A program made the position numbers and the translations under genes. DNA of 48,091 bases, taken from Catajapyx aquilonaris (taxonomy: Eukaryota). The stretch is taken from NCBI GenBank assembly GCA_000934665.2, contig KZ538780.1, positions 1 through 48,091 of the forward strand, written 5' to 3'. Below the pieces are notes generated by a model. It ran no database searches, was not told the DNA's origin, and was given only the letters and a program-made list of their open reading frames with translations. Shown here in pieces: positions 38,325 through 48,091 of this stretch. Position 1 is the first letter of the stretch. The number at the start of each line of letters is the position of its first letter.

Positions 38325-38762
38325 GACACGCTAAGGTTTTGGTTGGACAAAGGAGTTGATGGCTTCCGCTTCACTGATGTCGCTTTCTTATTGGAAGATG
38401 AATCTTTGCGTGATGAATCTCCTTCTGGCATCCCTGGGGTTAAGTCTAGCATGTATGACTACTTGGTGCATAACCTTACATATAATCAGCCAGAAGTCCT
38501 AGATGTCCTGCTCCAATTTCGTGAAGTACTGGATTCTTACGAGGCAAAGGATGGTGAACACCGCCTTCTGATCACTGAAGCATATCTTCCAGTAGAGGAA
38601 GCTATGCTCTACTATGGCAACAGTACAAATCCCATTTCGGATATCCCACTCAACTTTGGCTTGGTGCGAGACTTGAAGCCCAGTTTCCGTGCCCAGGATG
38701 TACTGTCACTAATTATGTCATGGCTTGAGAATATGCCGAAGTTTGGATGGGCAAATTGGATG
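38325..38762 (+). CDS. CD98hc: SLC3 heavy chain exon 5
   Basis: DTLRFWLDKGVDGFRFTDVAFL...LITEAY...PLNFGL...WANWM; gcag acceptor, gtatgt donor. Confidence 0.95.
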
Positions 38763-39062
38763 GTATGTTTTTATATATACAGGTTGTTTCTAGTATTTGG
38801 GTCACTTTAGTTATATGCAATTTTGCTGGAAGCTGTTATTTTTTTGGTAGCTAGTTGCACCCCGATTCAGGGGCCAAATTATATAGAAACTGCAGTATTC
38901 AACCACTTCGGAATAATTGGGCACCTGGATCAGGGGACAACAAGCTACACAAGCATAACTTCAGGTCATATTTGCTATAACTTAAAACAACCCTATAATT
39001 GGAACACACTGCATACAGGAGTTATTTGCAATTGAATATTGTGCAATCAATTCCTCCTGCAG

Positions 39063-39318
39063 CTTGGCAGCAGAAATGATAAGCGAGTTGCAACTCGTTT
39101 TGGTGAAGAACTAATTGATGCCTTCAACATCATCATTAATTTGCTTCCTGGCACTGCTTTTACATACTATGGAGAAGAAATAGGAATGACTGACACATTT
39201 GTAAGTCATGCATTCACAAAGGATGTGGCAGGCGTTATGGCATCGGCTGAGGAGTACACAACAGTTTCAAGGGATCCTGAGCGGACACCCATGCAGTGGA
39301 ATGCACTCACAAGTGCAG
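39063..39318 (+). CDS. CD98hc: SLC3 heavy chain exon 6
   Basis: LGSRNDKRVATRFG...LLPGTAFTYYGEEIGM...SRDPERTPMQW; gtgagt donor. Confidence 0.95.
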
Positions 39319-39388
39319 GTGAGTTGTGGGGCAAAGATTCCTTCAGATTTATGGCTGCAGGTTTTTATCAAATATATTGTCATTGCAG

Positions 39389-39587
39389 GTTTTAGTGGAG
39401 TGACACCAACATGGCTTCCAGTTAATGGAAGATATGAACAAGTAAATGTCCAGTTGCAAGAGGACGTTCCAAAGAGCCATCTAAAACTGTTCAGATTGCT
39501 GACTGATGCACGAGATGCAGAAGCCATTCTTTATGGGGATGTCGAAGTGAAAGTTCTGAATGGGACAGAAGTGTTTGCATTCACAAG
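39389..39587 (+). CDS. CD98hc: SLC3 heavy chain exon 7
   Basis: GFSGVTPTWLPVN...NVQLQ...SHLKLFRLL...VFAFTR; ag/gt boundaries. Confidence 0.94.
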
Positions 39588-40255
39588 GTGGGTATTTGTG
39601 CAACTTCTGCAAAGGCAATGTTAAGTAATATTGTTCTTTAATACTGACATGCTGCTTAGGATGTGGTAAGAGAAGTTAAACAGCTGGCATTTACTATACA
39701 TTGCCATTTTTGGTGGTAGCATTGAGAACAGTAGGGATCTTGTAGCATAGACAGCAATAGTCCACCACACACCAAATAGCTTCCAGATGTAGTTACTAGA
39801 AGTTTTCCTTAGTTCTCTGATTAGGTGTTAGTAGGTTTACCAAATTTCAAAAGTTAAGTACTGTTTGGATGTACATTTTTCAGAAGAAATTCCTGCAGTA
39901 TTCAGCATTACCACATAACACTGGATATGTTTAGCTACTACGAAGCACAAACACCAAGTTGATCCAAAAAAAATTTGAACTGTGGCATCTTATTTTGTAA
40001 ACTCATGTCTTGTTCTATTTACAAGAAGTGGCAAAACAAAATGAACGTCACTTGATATAAGGTCTGGAGCATGGTCAGGACTTTTTAGAAAATACTTCGA
40101 GTTGTCCCACTTCAATTTCTAGAGACTTATGAATGACATTGGCTAACTGCAAATGGCCAAAATGCAAGTCTTGAACAGTTCAAATGGGGCATCTTTGAGC
40201 AGCCAGATCATGGTTCATACGTTGCACCAGGTGACCTTCACTGCCTACAAAAATA

Positions 40256-41171
40256 CAGGGTCATCAAAAAAGAATGCTCGGATTTAAAAACCCTATAACT
40301 GGAAAAGGGCATTTCCACGCAAACACAGACATACTGTCCGTTCGTAATGCAGGTTTTGCAGGCATGTACTAGCATATTTTATTGTAACAATACACACACA
40401 TGGCATGAAATTGATTAAGCATGCAGTACATGCACGGCATTGTTCTAATTAAATACACTTTTACACGTATAGGCAAAACTTGTGTTACAAACGGATGTAT
40501 GCATGCATGGAAATGCCCAAAACTACTAGACATATTCCCATGATTTAAGTTTTGAAATTGACAGTTTTGGTCTTACCATAGTTTGTTTCGATGTGAGCTC
40601 AATTTGTCGCTCGGAAAATGCAAATACCATAATTCGTGTCGTGTCTAAGCCAATCAGACATATCTGGAGTCACCAGTGTGATCCTATATCCCTTAGGTGC
40701 TGGATATACCGGATCTTTTCACCATACATGTACCTCCACAAAAAAGTCAATTGGGGTAAGATCAGGGTTTCTGTGGGGGCTAGGCATTGGGAAACTTCTC
40801 ATTCAAGACTTTGCACACTGGCAGGGTGAACAAATGAAACTTGCCTATGGCAGGTTTGTTTCATGGGTGAGGCAATTTTTTATGTGCATAATTGAGAACA
40901 ATGTGTATGGTGTAAAGACCTGCCATATCCAACACCTATGGGATAGGATTGCAATGGTAACTCCAGATATGATTGAGTGGGATTGGCACGAGACCGAGTG
41001 CCTTATTTTTGATTTGCCGAGCGACAAATAAAGCTCATCTCGAAACAAACTAAGGTTAGCCGAAAACTGCAGACATTTCTTAGCATTTCAAAACGTACAG
41101 CATTAAGATATGTCTGCAAGTTTTGGAGTTATAGGGTTTTTAAATCCGAGTATTCTTTTTCGATGACCGGG
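40256..41171 (+). mobile_element. Degenerate Tc1/mariner-superfamily element
   Basis: About 45-bp TIR (ggtcatcaaaaaagaatgctcggatttaaaaaccctataact), TA flanks; remnant FLWG...NNVY...DRI...VTPDMI resembles a transposase C-terminus. Confidence 0.85.
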
Positions 41172-41389
41172 TATTTTGTCAGCCAAGACCCTAAGGAGTG
41201 ACCAAAAGATGAAGGAGTGGGGTTGGCTGTGAGTGATAAACAGAAGCTTACAAAATATTCTACCGGGGTTCGGGAAATGTTTGATTGACCTGTTGTGGGG
41301 GTGTATGTGAGGTAGTAGCAAAGGATATTACTATCATGTGGCTCTATTGATTTTGGTAAAAGGACTTGCTTTTGGAGTGCAGTAATATA

Positions 41390-42797
41390 CGAGGGGTTTA
41401 AAAAAGACTGAACTTTTTAAATGGCACGTCAACCGGGACAGAAAGTGCCATTGCGGCTACTGACAGCATCTAGCGACATGTGTTGACAACAAAGTGCCAT
41501 TTACCCCATTCCGCTATGACCATTGGTCATCAAGATACACCTGCTGAAGTGATCACTTTCATCAGATTAGTGATAAAGTGAAAATGAAAGAGCTTGAAGA
41601 ACAATGTGTTTGTGTACAATTTTGCTGCAAACTACAGGGTGACACCGTGGCGGAGTGGTTAGGGCCGCAGCCTTCCACCTCTTAAGGTCCCGAGTTCGAT
41701 CCCCGGATCGGACAGAGGATATTTATGTGGATAGAGTTTCGATGGGTTCTGTCCCTGCTCGCGTGGGTTTTCTCGAGGTTCTTCCATTTCCTCCCGCAAT
41801 CAAAATCCATCACAGCAAAGGCAATGATTAAAGTCGGTCGATTAAAAAGATGATCCCCTAAAAAGCCCAAGGAGGCTTATCACGGGGTATCCATTATTAT
41901 ATTTTGCTGCAAACTTGGTAAATTTTTAAGAAGACATTTCAATTGCTTCACCAAGCATACTGGGGAAGGGTCTCCTAGATCAAAAAAGTCACAGAAGAGT
42001 CTGTCAGAGGTCAAGGTGACGTTCGTTGCATTTTTTTGATTGGAAAGGCATTTTTGATTATGAATTTGGACAATGATGTCAAATGGTAAACAAATTGTTG
42101 TACCGGGGTGTTTTAGTGCACGTGAGGGATGCTGTGTGGAGGAAGAGGCCTAAAGGGTGGGAAAGACAAGACTTGGATGTTGCACCATGGAAATGCAGTC
42201 TCACACATAACTCCTCGTCATCAGTTATATGGGAAAACATCAGACATCCGTTGTGCCCATTCTATTCTATTCTCCGCACTTAGCCCCAGCATACTTTTTC
42301 CTATTTTCAAAACTTAACACCAATTTCAAGTGACGTCATTTCCAAACCATAGAGGCGATTCAGGGTAATGCGATAAGAGCACTGCGCACCATCATAGAAA
42401 GTGCATTCTAGGAAGCAAGCCAACAATGGAAGAAAAAATTACAAACGGTGTATTGCCAGTAGACGGTCTGCACATTTTTTAGGGAACTTTCTTTTTTTTT
42501 GGGGGCGAAAAGCACCTTTAATCCGAAAAATCACGAACAAGGTGCCCTGCGCAAAGGTTTGGCCTTTACAATAATACCAAACTCGATATGATTGCATTAA
42601 AATTGTGGGCATACGACCACAGAAGTGTAGACATGTCGAATCCCCATATGCTGGCATGCATACGCGAGTTTGTTTGGGTCGTCGCCAAGGGCTCCGCATC
42701 GTTACTGTATTTTTGCTAATGCACCACCTTAAAATGTTGCAAATTGAACAATAGAGTCTGTATAGCAAAATTTCAGTCTTTTTTTGAACACCCCTCG
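41390..42797 (+). mobile_element. Decayed mariner transposon, interrupted by a SINE
   Basis: TA-CGAGGGG...CCCCTCG-TA ends; frameshifted remnants EQCVCVQFCCKL, VAFFDWKG, WMLHHGNAVSH. Confidence 0.88.
41634..41900 (+). mobile_element. tRNA-derived SINE with V/Meta-like central domain
   Basis: A box TGGCGGAGTGG 41648-41658, B box GAGTTCGATCC 41692-41702, body gcgtgggttttctcgagg...tttcctccc, short (ATT)n tail, perfect 15-bp TSD ATTTTGCTGCAAACT (41619-41633, 41901-41915). Confidence 0.92.
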
Positions 42798-42893
42798 TAC
42801 CCACATAGTACTGTCTTTCAACTTCCCTCTAACGAAAATCTCTTCTGTAGAAAAATAATGTGTGATAATGTGTGCATGTGCACATGCATGTGG

Positions 42894-43123
42894 CAGGGGT
42901 CGAAATATTCGGAAGCAAATGTGCAATCGGCGCTCCAAAATTGTTATCTGCACTTCAAACTGAGCCTTGGAGTGCAAAACTCCATTTGGTCCTGCTTTTT
43001 AACATGGCTGAACCCAGTAATTAAGAATATATTAAGCACTCTCAAGTAAGTAATTTGCACTCCAGATTTTCATCTGGAGTGCAAACTTTGCACTTGGACA
43101 AAAAATTTAAAATTCCACCCCTG
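42894..43123. mobile_element. MITE with CAGGGGT ends and 6-bp TSD
   Basis: CAGGGGTCGAAAT / ATTCCACCCCTG; ATGTGG at 42888-42893 and 43124-43129; internal GGAGTGCAAA repeats in both orientations. Confidence 0.75.
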
Positions 43124-43340
43124 ATGTGGGGTGGGGCAAGACTGTGGGAGGCCCTGAATCCCTATTTGGAATGCTTACAGTATGCAGCAGTACAGATGTG
43201 AACAATTTCCAGATCTGTTTCAGATGATTGTGATCATTGAAGGGGGTGGGGGCATTGAAAATGTGGCATCAGTACTTTTAAAATTTTATCCTGCTAATTG
43301 AGTCTCATGCATTACAATAGGACTGTTTGTTGCCTTACAG

Positions 43341-43484
43341 GGTGAAAAAAGGCACGCTGTGCTATTTAGCTGCTGTCAACTTTGAGAACGAACCAGTGAC
43401 AGCAGACTTTTCTGTGTTCAAAGGCGTACCAGCTGAAGCAACTGTGTATGCTAAGAGTGTGCAATACACACCGGATTTGCCATC
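43341..43484 (+). CDS. CD98hc: SLC3 heavy chain exon 8 (domain C)
   Basis: ccttacag acceptor, gtaaga donor; RVKKGTLCYLAAVNFENEPVTADFS...; phase 2 fits exon 7. Confidence 0.88.
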
Positions 43485-43548
43485 GTAAGAAATAACAATA
43501 TTAGTACTGGCTTACAAGTATAAATCACTGATGTTCATTTTATTACAG

Positions 43549-43621
43549 GAAAGTACATACCAATGAAGTGAAGATGGGCCCATTAAATGCAGTAGTCTTG
43601 ACCTTTCCACCCAAGCTGTAG
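43549..43621 (+). CDS. CD98hc: SLC3 heavy chain exon 9 with stop
   Basis: ttattacag acceptor; KVHTNEVKMGPLNAVVLTFPPKL-TAG; the nine exons total 2016 nt = 671 aa + stop. Confidence 0.85.
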
Positions 43622-44244
43622 GTCATCACTTCCATAAAATTGGTAGTACTGTGATGCATTGTGCACACATAGCACTAACCTTTTCCAGCTGTCGTCGTTG
43701 TAAACATGTGGCGAAGGCTTGAATTTTATGACTTTACTGAACATTATGAAGTGTATGGTAATTAAACTGTTTGGAAATTGTGAGATGTGAGTGTCATTGC
43801 CTTCTGTATTTCATTCGTGTGCTTTATTTTACAGGGAGATGCTTTTCAGATGCAATGCTCATATTTGCCTGTACTGTACCACATGATTCAAAATTTAGCT
43901 CACTTTCACACTGGTGGAAATATTGTAATATGTTGTTCGTCATTCTTTGGGCAAGCTGCAGGCTGCGTCATTATCCAGATTGAATTTTTCATGACTGCCC
44001 ATTGATACCCAGAGGAAAAGTGTGAAAGTGTAAGTTTTAAATTTCTAATGTGCCTGGCTAAAAGGACTGATGTGAAGAAGTGCAGCAGCACCTGATGAGA
44101 CTGTACTGATTATTATCTATCCCTGTTAGTTATTAACCTTCTAAATTAAGTCACTGTTAGAGCATGTTAATTATTTATTGTGATGCACTTAAGGAATTAA
44201 TAAGACCTATGCAACTTTTCATTTTATGGATTGTAACTTGAATG

Positions 44245-44250
44245 AATAAA
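44245..44250 (+). terminator. Likely polyadenylation signal of the SLC3 gene
   Basis: AATAAA about 620 nt after the stop codon. Confidence 0.5.
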
Positions 44251-44441
44251 GGTTGTGCTAACTGTGCATAAAGAATAATAATCAAACTTGGTGAGTTTAC
44301 AACTGAATTTACAGTAGTTGTAGTCATTCATGTTATTAGTCACAGAATATAATGTTGATTCTACATGGGTGAATGAGATTTTTGCAAGGTGGTAGCTGGT
44401 AGGGCAGTGAGATGTATCTCGACACACCTGCTCACATGTGA

Positions 44442-45020
44442 TCACATGTGAGCAGCGGACATGGTGGTGAGCCGGGTTTTCCTTCCGGAGAGACAGGTGG
44501 AGGCGAGCAGACGGGTTCGACAGCACTCCTTGGAGCTTCGGCAGACCAGATGGGAAGCGATGGGGGAGCCTGGTATCGCCCCTTCTTACCCGAGGTGGAC
44601 AGCGACAGGGACGTGCACGGACATGTGGCCCAGGTCATTTCTGGCCACGGCCCTTTCCGGGCCTATCTTTTTCGTTTCAGGAGGGGGAATGTGACAGAGG
44701 AGAGCGTCTGGTGCCCATGTGGCCTGGGGCGACAGGATGCGGCCCACGTCCTCTGGCAATGCACAATCCCTGAAGTGTTGAGAGCTAGGTGCCAACTACT
44801 TTGTGCGGCGGTCTCAAAGGGATTGGGATGGCCGTGTTCCAGGGGAGCATTTGCAACAGACATACCTGAGAGTTTTAATCTATTCTGTTTAGAGGCGGAC
44901 AGAGTATTATCTGAACTGAACAATTTTTGACTGATGTATGGATGATCTGATGATGGATGACTGGGCTGCGTTTTTGATGTTATATTTGTTTTGTGTTGTA
45001 AATATATGTGTTGAATAAAT
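44442..45020 (+). mobile_element. 5'-truncated non-LTR retrotransposon (R1/I-group) ORF2 C-terminus and 3' UTR
   Basis: GAWYRPFLP...QVISGHGPFRAYLFRF...CPCG...DAAHVLWQC: GHG motif plus CCHC zinc knuckle; frameshift near 44560; stop at 44930; 3' end uncertain. Confidence 0.85.
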
Positions 45021-45175
45021 GGGAAAGGAGGGGCTTCAGTCCTGGAGCAGCCTTGCTTCATTTTCACTGCTTGGAGTCACAGCGGAGAGTGGGTGTTCAC
45101 AGCACCTAGATTATTGGAATTTCTTGCAGCTGACAGTTCCTCTCTCTTGCCCACATAGTGGGGTTGGTTGGGGGA

Positions 45176-47175
45176 ACAAAGCCGCATGTAATGATACAAA
45201 TGTGCCACTTGGCACACACGTTCCTTAGGTTAAACTATTCGATTTGACCCGAAGGACACTATGACTTTGCGTGTCGGTGACCCCGGGTGACCCTTTTTTT
45301 GGGCAAAAAACCGAAAATGGCGGAATAATCGATTATGGGTTCAAATTGGATTTGGTTTTGGTCTAATTCCCCCAATTTTTCATATGTTCCGGGCAACGAC
45401 ATCCTGCTCTTTTTTTCCCTTTGGAAAAAAGGGCTAACTCAAATAGGTCAAAGGTTACAGGTCACCGTATTTCGGCACAGTGTTCCACTATAACCCCCTA
45501 TAAACAGCACATCAATGGATAGGCCTCGTGCAGGGGATTCAAAAAAACATATACACCTGACCCCTGTGACCCACAGGTCAAAGGTTATTGACCTATCAGT
45601 GAGGTCAAAAATATCTGTCATGAGCTGACCTGATCACCCCACTCGTGTGATATATCAATCCATAGGTCTACTGACGTACGTTCCAAAAAACATACACACC
45701 TGACCCCTGTGACCCACAAGTCAAAAGTTGTTGACCTATCAGGTCAAAAATATTTGTCATGAGCTGACCTGATCACCCCACTCGTGTGATATATCAATCC
45801 ATAGGTCTACTGACGTACGTTCCAAAAAACATACACACCTGACCCCTGTGACCCACAAGTCAAAAGTTGTTGACCTATCACTGCTATCAGTTAGGTCAAA
45901 AATATCTGTCATGAGCTGACCTGATCACCCCACTCGTGTGACATATCAATCCATAAGTCTACTCACGTACGTTCCGAAAAACATACACACCTACCCCCCA
46001 CAGGTCAAAGGTTATTGGCCTATGAGTTAGGTCAAAAATATCTCTAATTTGCTGACTTGATCGTCATGGGTATTGATTTATTGGGGATGAGAAAAGTGAT
46101 TAATTGCTTTCAATGTGAACCTTTCTTGATTTATTACATAGTTGAGGCTGCACATCGCCTTCAATAGTCTTATACTATATATTTACTTGGAACATACAGG
46201 CATTTGTTGTTTGCAGCATATTCAAAGCTAAATATCGAAATGGTCCTCTTCCTCCTCCTCCTCTGTGACATTTGCTTTGTGTCTCCTGCAGAAAACAGGT
46301 CATTTTGCGTCAAATTTCTAGGTCCAAACTCTTACAGCACAATCGGGCTGAAGGGGCTGGTACTCACTTTTGATTGCTGCAACATTTTGGTAAGGGATTT
46401 TCTCTACCTCGCGGCGAGGTCGCCAGACGAGCTTATGGCCACCCAACCGCATACTAGCGGTTGTTTCATTTCGCTATGTCGCGGCGAGGTGGGCGGCGAG
46501 GTTGTCACAATGGTTACATTACTGCGGTAGTATAGGATAGTATAGGAGTGCTGGACGGCAGTATCGATTTTAAGGAATCGCGGAGAGATTATCGATACCA
46601 CTATGCCAATGCTTGCAGGTCAATAACTTTTGACCTGTCGGTCACATGGGTCAGGTGTGTATGTTTTTCGGAACGTACGTGAGTAGAGCTATGGATTGAT
46701 ATATCACACGAGTGGGGTGATCAGGTCAGCTCATGACAGATATTTTTGACCTCACTGATAGGTCAATAACCTTTGACCTGTGGGTCACAGGGTCAGGTGT
46801 ATATGTTTTTTTGAATCCCCTGCACGAGGCCTATCCATTGATGTGCTGTTTATAGGGGGTTATAGGGGAACACTGTGCCGAAATACGGTGACCTGTAACC
46901 TTTGACCTATTTGAGTTAGCCCTTTTTCCAAAGGGAAAAAAAGAGCAGGATGTCGTTGCCCGGAACATATGAAAAATTGGGGGAATTAGACCAAAACCAA
47001 ATCCAATTTGAACCCATAATCGATTATTCCGCCATTTTCGGTTTTTTGCCCAAAAAAGGGTCACCCGGAGTCACCGACATGCAAAGTCATAGTGTCCTTC
47101 GGGTCAAATCGAATAGTTTAACCTAAGGAACGTGTGTGCCAAGTGGCACATTTGTATCATTACATGCGGCTTTGT
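45176..47175. mobile_element. 2.0-kb foldback element with about 560-bp inverted arms and internal tandem repeats
   Basis: 45176-45737 is a near-perfect reverse complement of 46617-47175; units of 143, 139 and 152 bp start at 45548, 45691 and 45830, with a partial unit at 45982; no clear TSD. Confidence 0.92.
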
Positions 47176-48091
47176 ACCTTATTTTGGACTTAACCAATGC
47201 ACTAACAGCACTCGTTCCCTGAAGCAGCTACAGTCAGTCAGTGGAAGGTGGGAGACAATTCTGGCCAACAGGTGGTGAACCAAGAGGTAAGGATGGTTGA
47301 TGGGATGGATACTAAAATTGTCTGGCTCCACCTTTTTGCTCGTAATAGTACATGTCAGAACATGCCCTGATTAGTATAGGCTATAGGCAAATATGGGCCA
47401 GAGACGGAAATAATTTTTGGAAAGCTGATTTTTATTTTAAAGCATCCTTTGGGCCCCCCCTGTACCTCGAGTGAAAAGTCCCAGAAAGTCCCCCTTGGGC
47501 ACCATACAGTACTTATTTTGAAAAAAAATTGGGCTTTAAATATTACAAGGTAACGCCAAACCCGCAGATAACCTCCAAAAAATTCTACGATTAAAATTGC
47601 GTGTCATTTTGACAGGTCACATCCCTTCAGTGGTGCAAGTTTCATTTTTGAACTCGTATTAGGTCCGAGATATAAAATACGGTAAATAAGGAGGCCGGAT
47701 GCGCCTCTTTTGCCCTTTTGCGCATTTTTACGAAGTAGTGCTGAATTTAGATATTTTCTGCTGGTGAGGCGCTCAGGGGAACTGAACCTTTCTTAAATAG
47801 ATAGGTCAAGCATGACGTGACGGTTACTTTAACACCTGTAAATTTAAAATATGCCCAGTGTCACATAAGAGGGAGAAAAAAAGGCCAAAAACGAACATTT
47901 CAGGATTGGGAATTTTTTAGTATTTCCATTGTACGCTCTAGGTTAAAACGGTTGCCTCCAAAATGTTCCTCATCTCACGCCCGTTCATTGGATATGTCGT
48001 GAGCCAATTGTACGCGCTGGACCAATAGTCCGCGAGTGAATTGGCAGCCGGCCAACTGTTCTGCCCCTCCAAGCCACCACCACCCCGAAAC

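Noticed and set aside
37673..39587. Call as an active maltase/alpha-glucosidase
   Set aside because: Nucleophile and NHD motifs are substituted and the N-terminus is an SLC3 membrane anchor
41641..41715. tRNA gene
   Set aside because: It is the head of a SINE with body, tail and TSD
42544..42557. gccctgcgcaaagg resembling the U6 3' half
   Set aside because: Too short, with no extension on either side; compatible with chance
45548..46040. CRISPR-like array
   Set aside because: About 140-bp tandem units without unique spacers, in eukaryotic DNA with no cas genes
47380..48091. Probable further DNA-transposon fragment at the window end
   Set aside because: No paired terminus or coding motif that I could confirm within the window

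Overview
Eukaryotic, very probably arthropod, genomic DNA rich in transposons; no prokaryotic features or CRISPR arrays. Two intron-containing genes lie on the + strand. (1) The 3' half of a Na+/Ca2+ exchanger (SLC8/NCX, Calx-like), exons 1848-19272, from CBD2 to the C-terminus. (2) A complete 9-exon SLC3 heavy-chain gene (CD98hc/rBAT-like, 671 aa predicted, 34241-43621) whose GH13 domain has lost two of three catalytic residues. The most striking observation is a tandemly duplicated pair of 159-nt exons (15099-15257 and 15659-15817). They encode two intact, 68%-identical versions of TM6 through the alpha-2 ion-binding motif, which suggests mutually exclusive splicing inside the transport core of NCX. 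Candidate CBD2 microexons are also present. Other oddities: a 51-nt U6 snRNA fragment between 16-bp direct repeats that are themselves U6-like, inside a three-layer nested MITE; CA-microsatellite-embedded MITEs; a tRNA-SINE inside a mariner; an R1-type retrotransposon remnant starting at a perfect 28-bp palindrome; and a 2-kb foldback element with nuclear-receptor half-site arrays and a possibly captured spliced fragment. All calls come from reading the sequence by eye; no searches were run.
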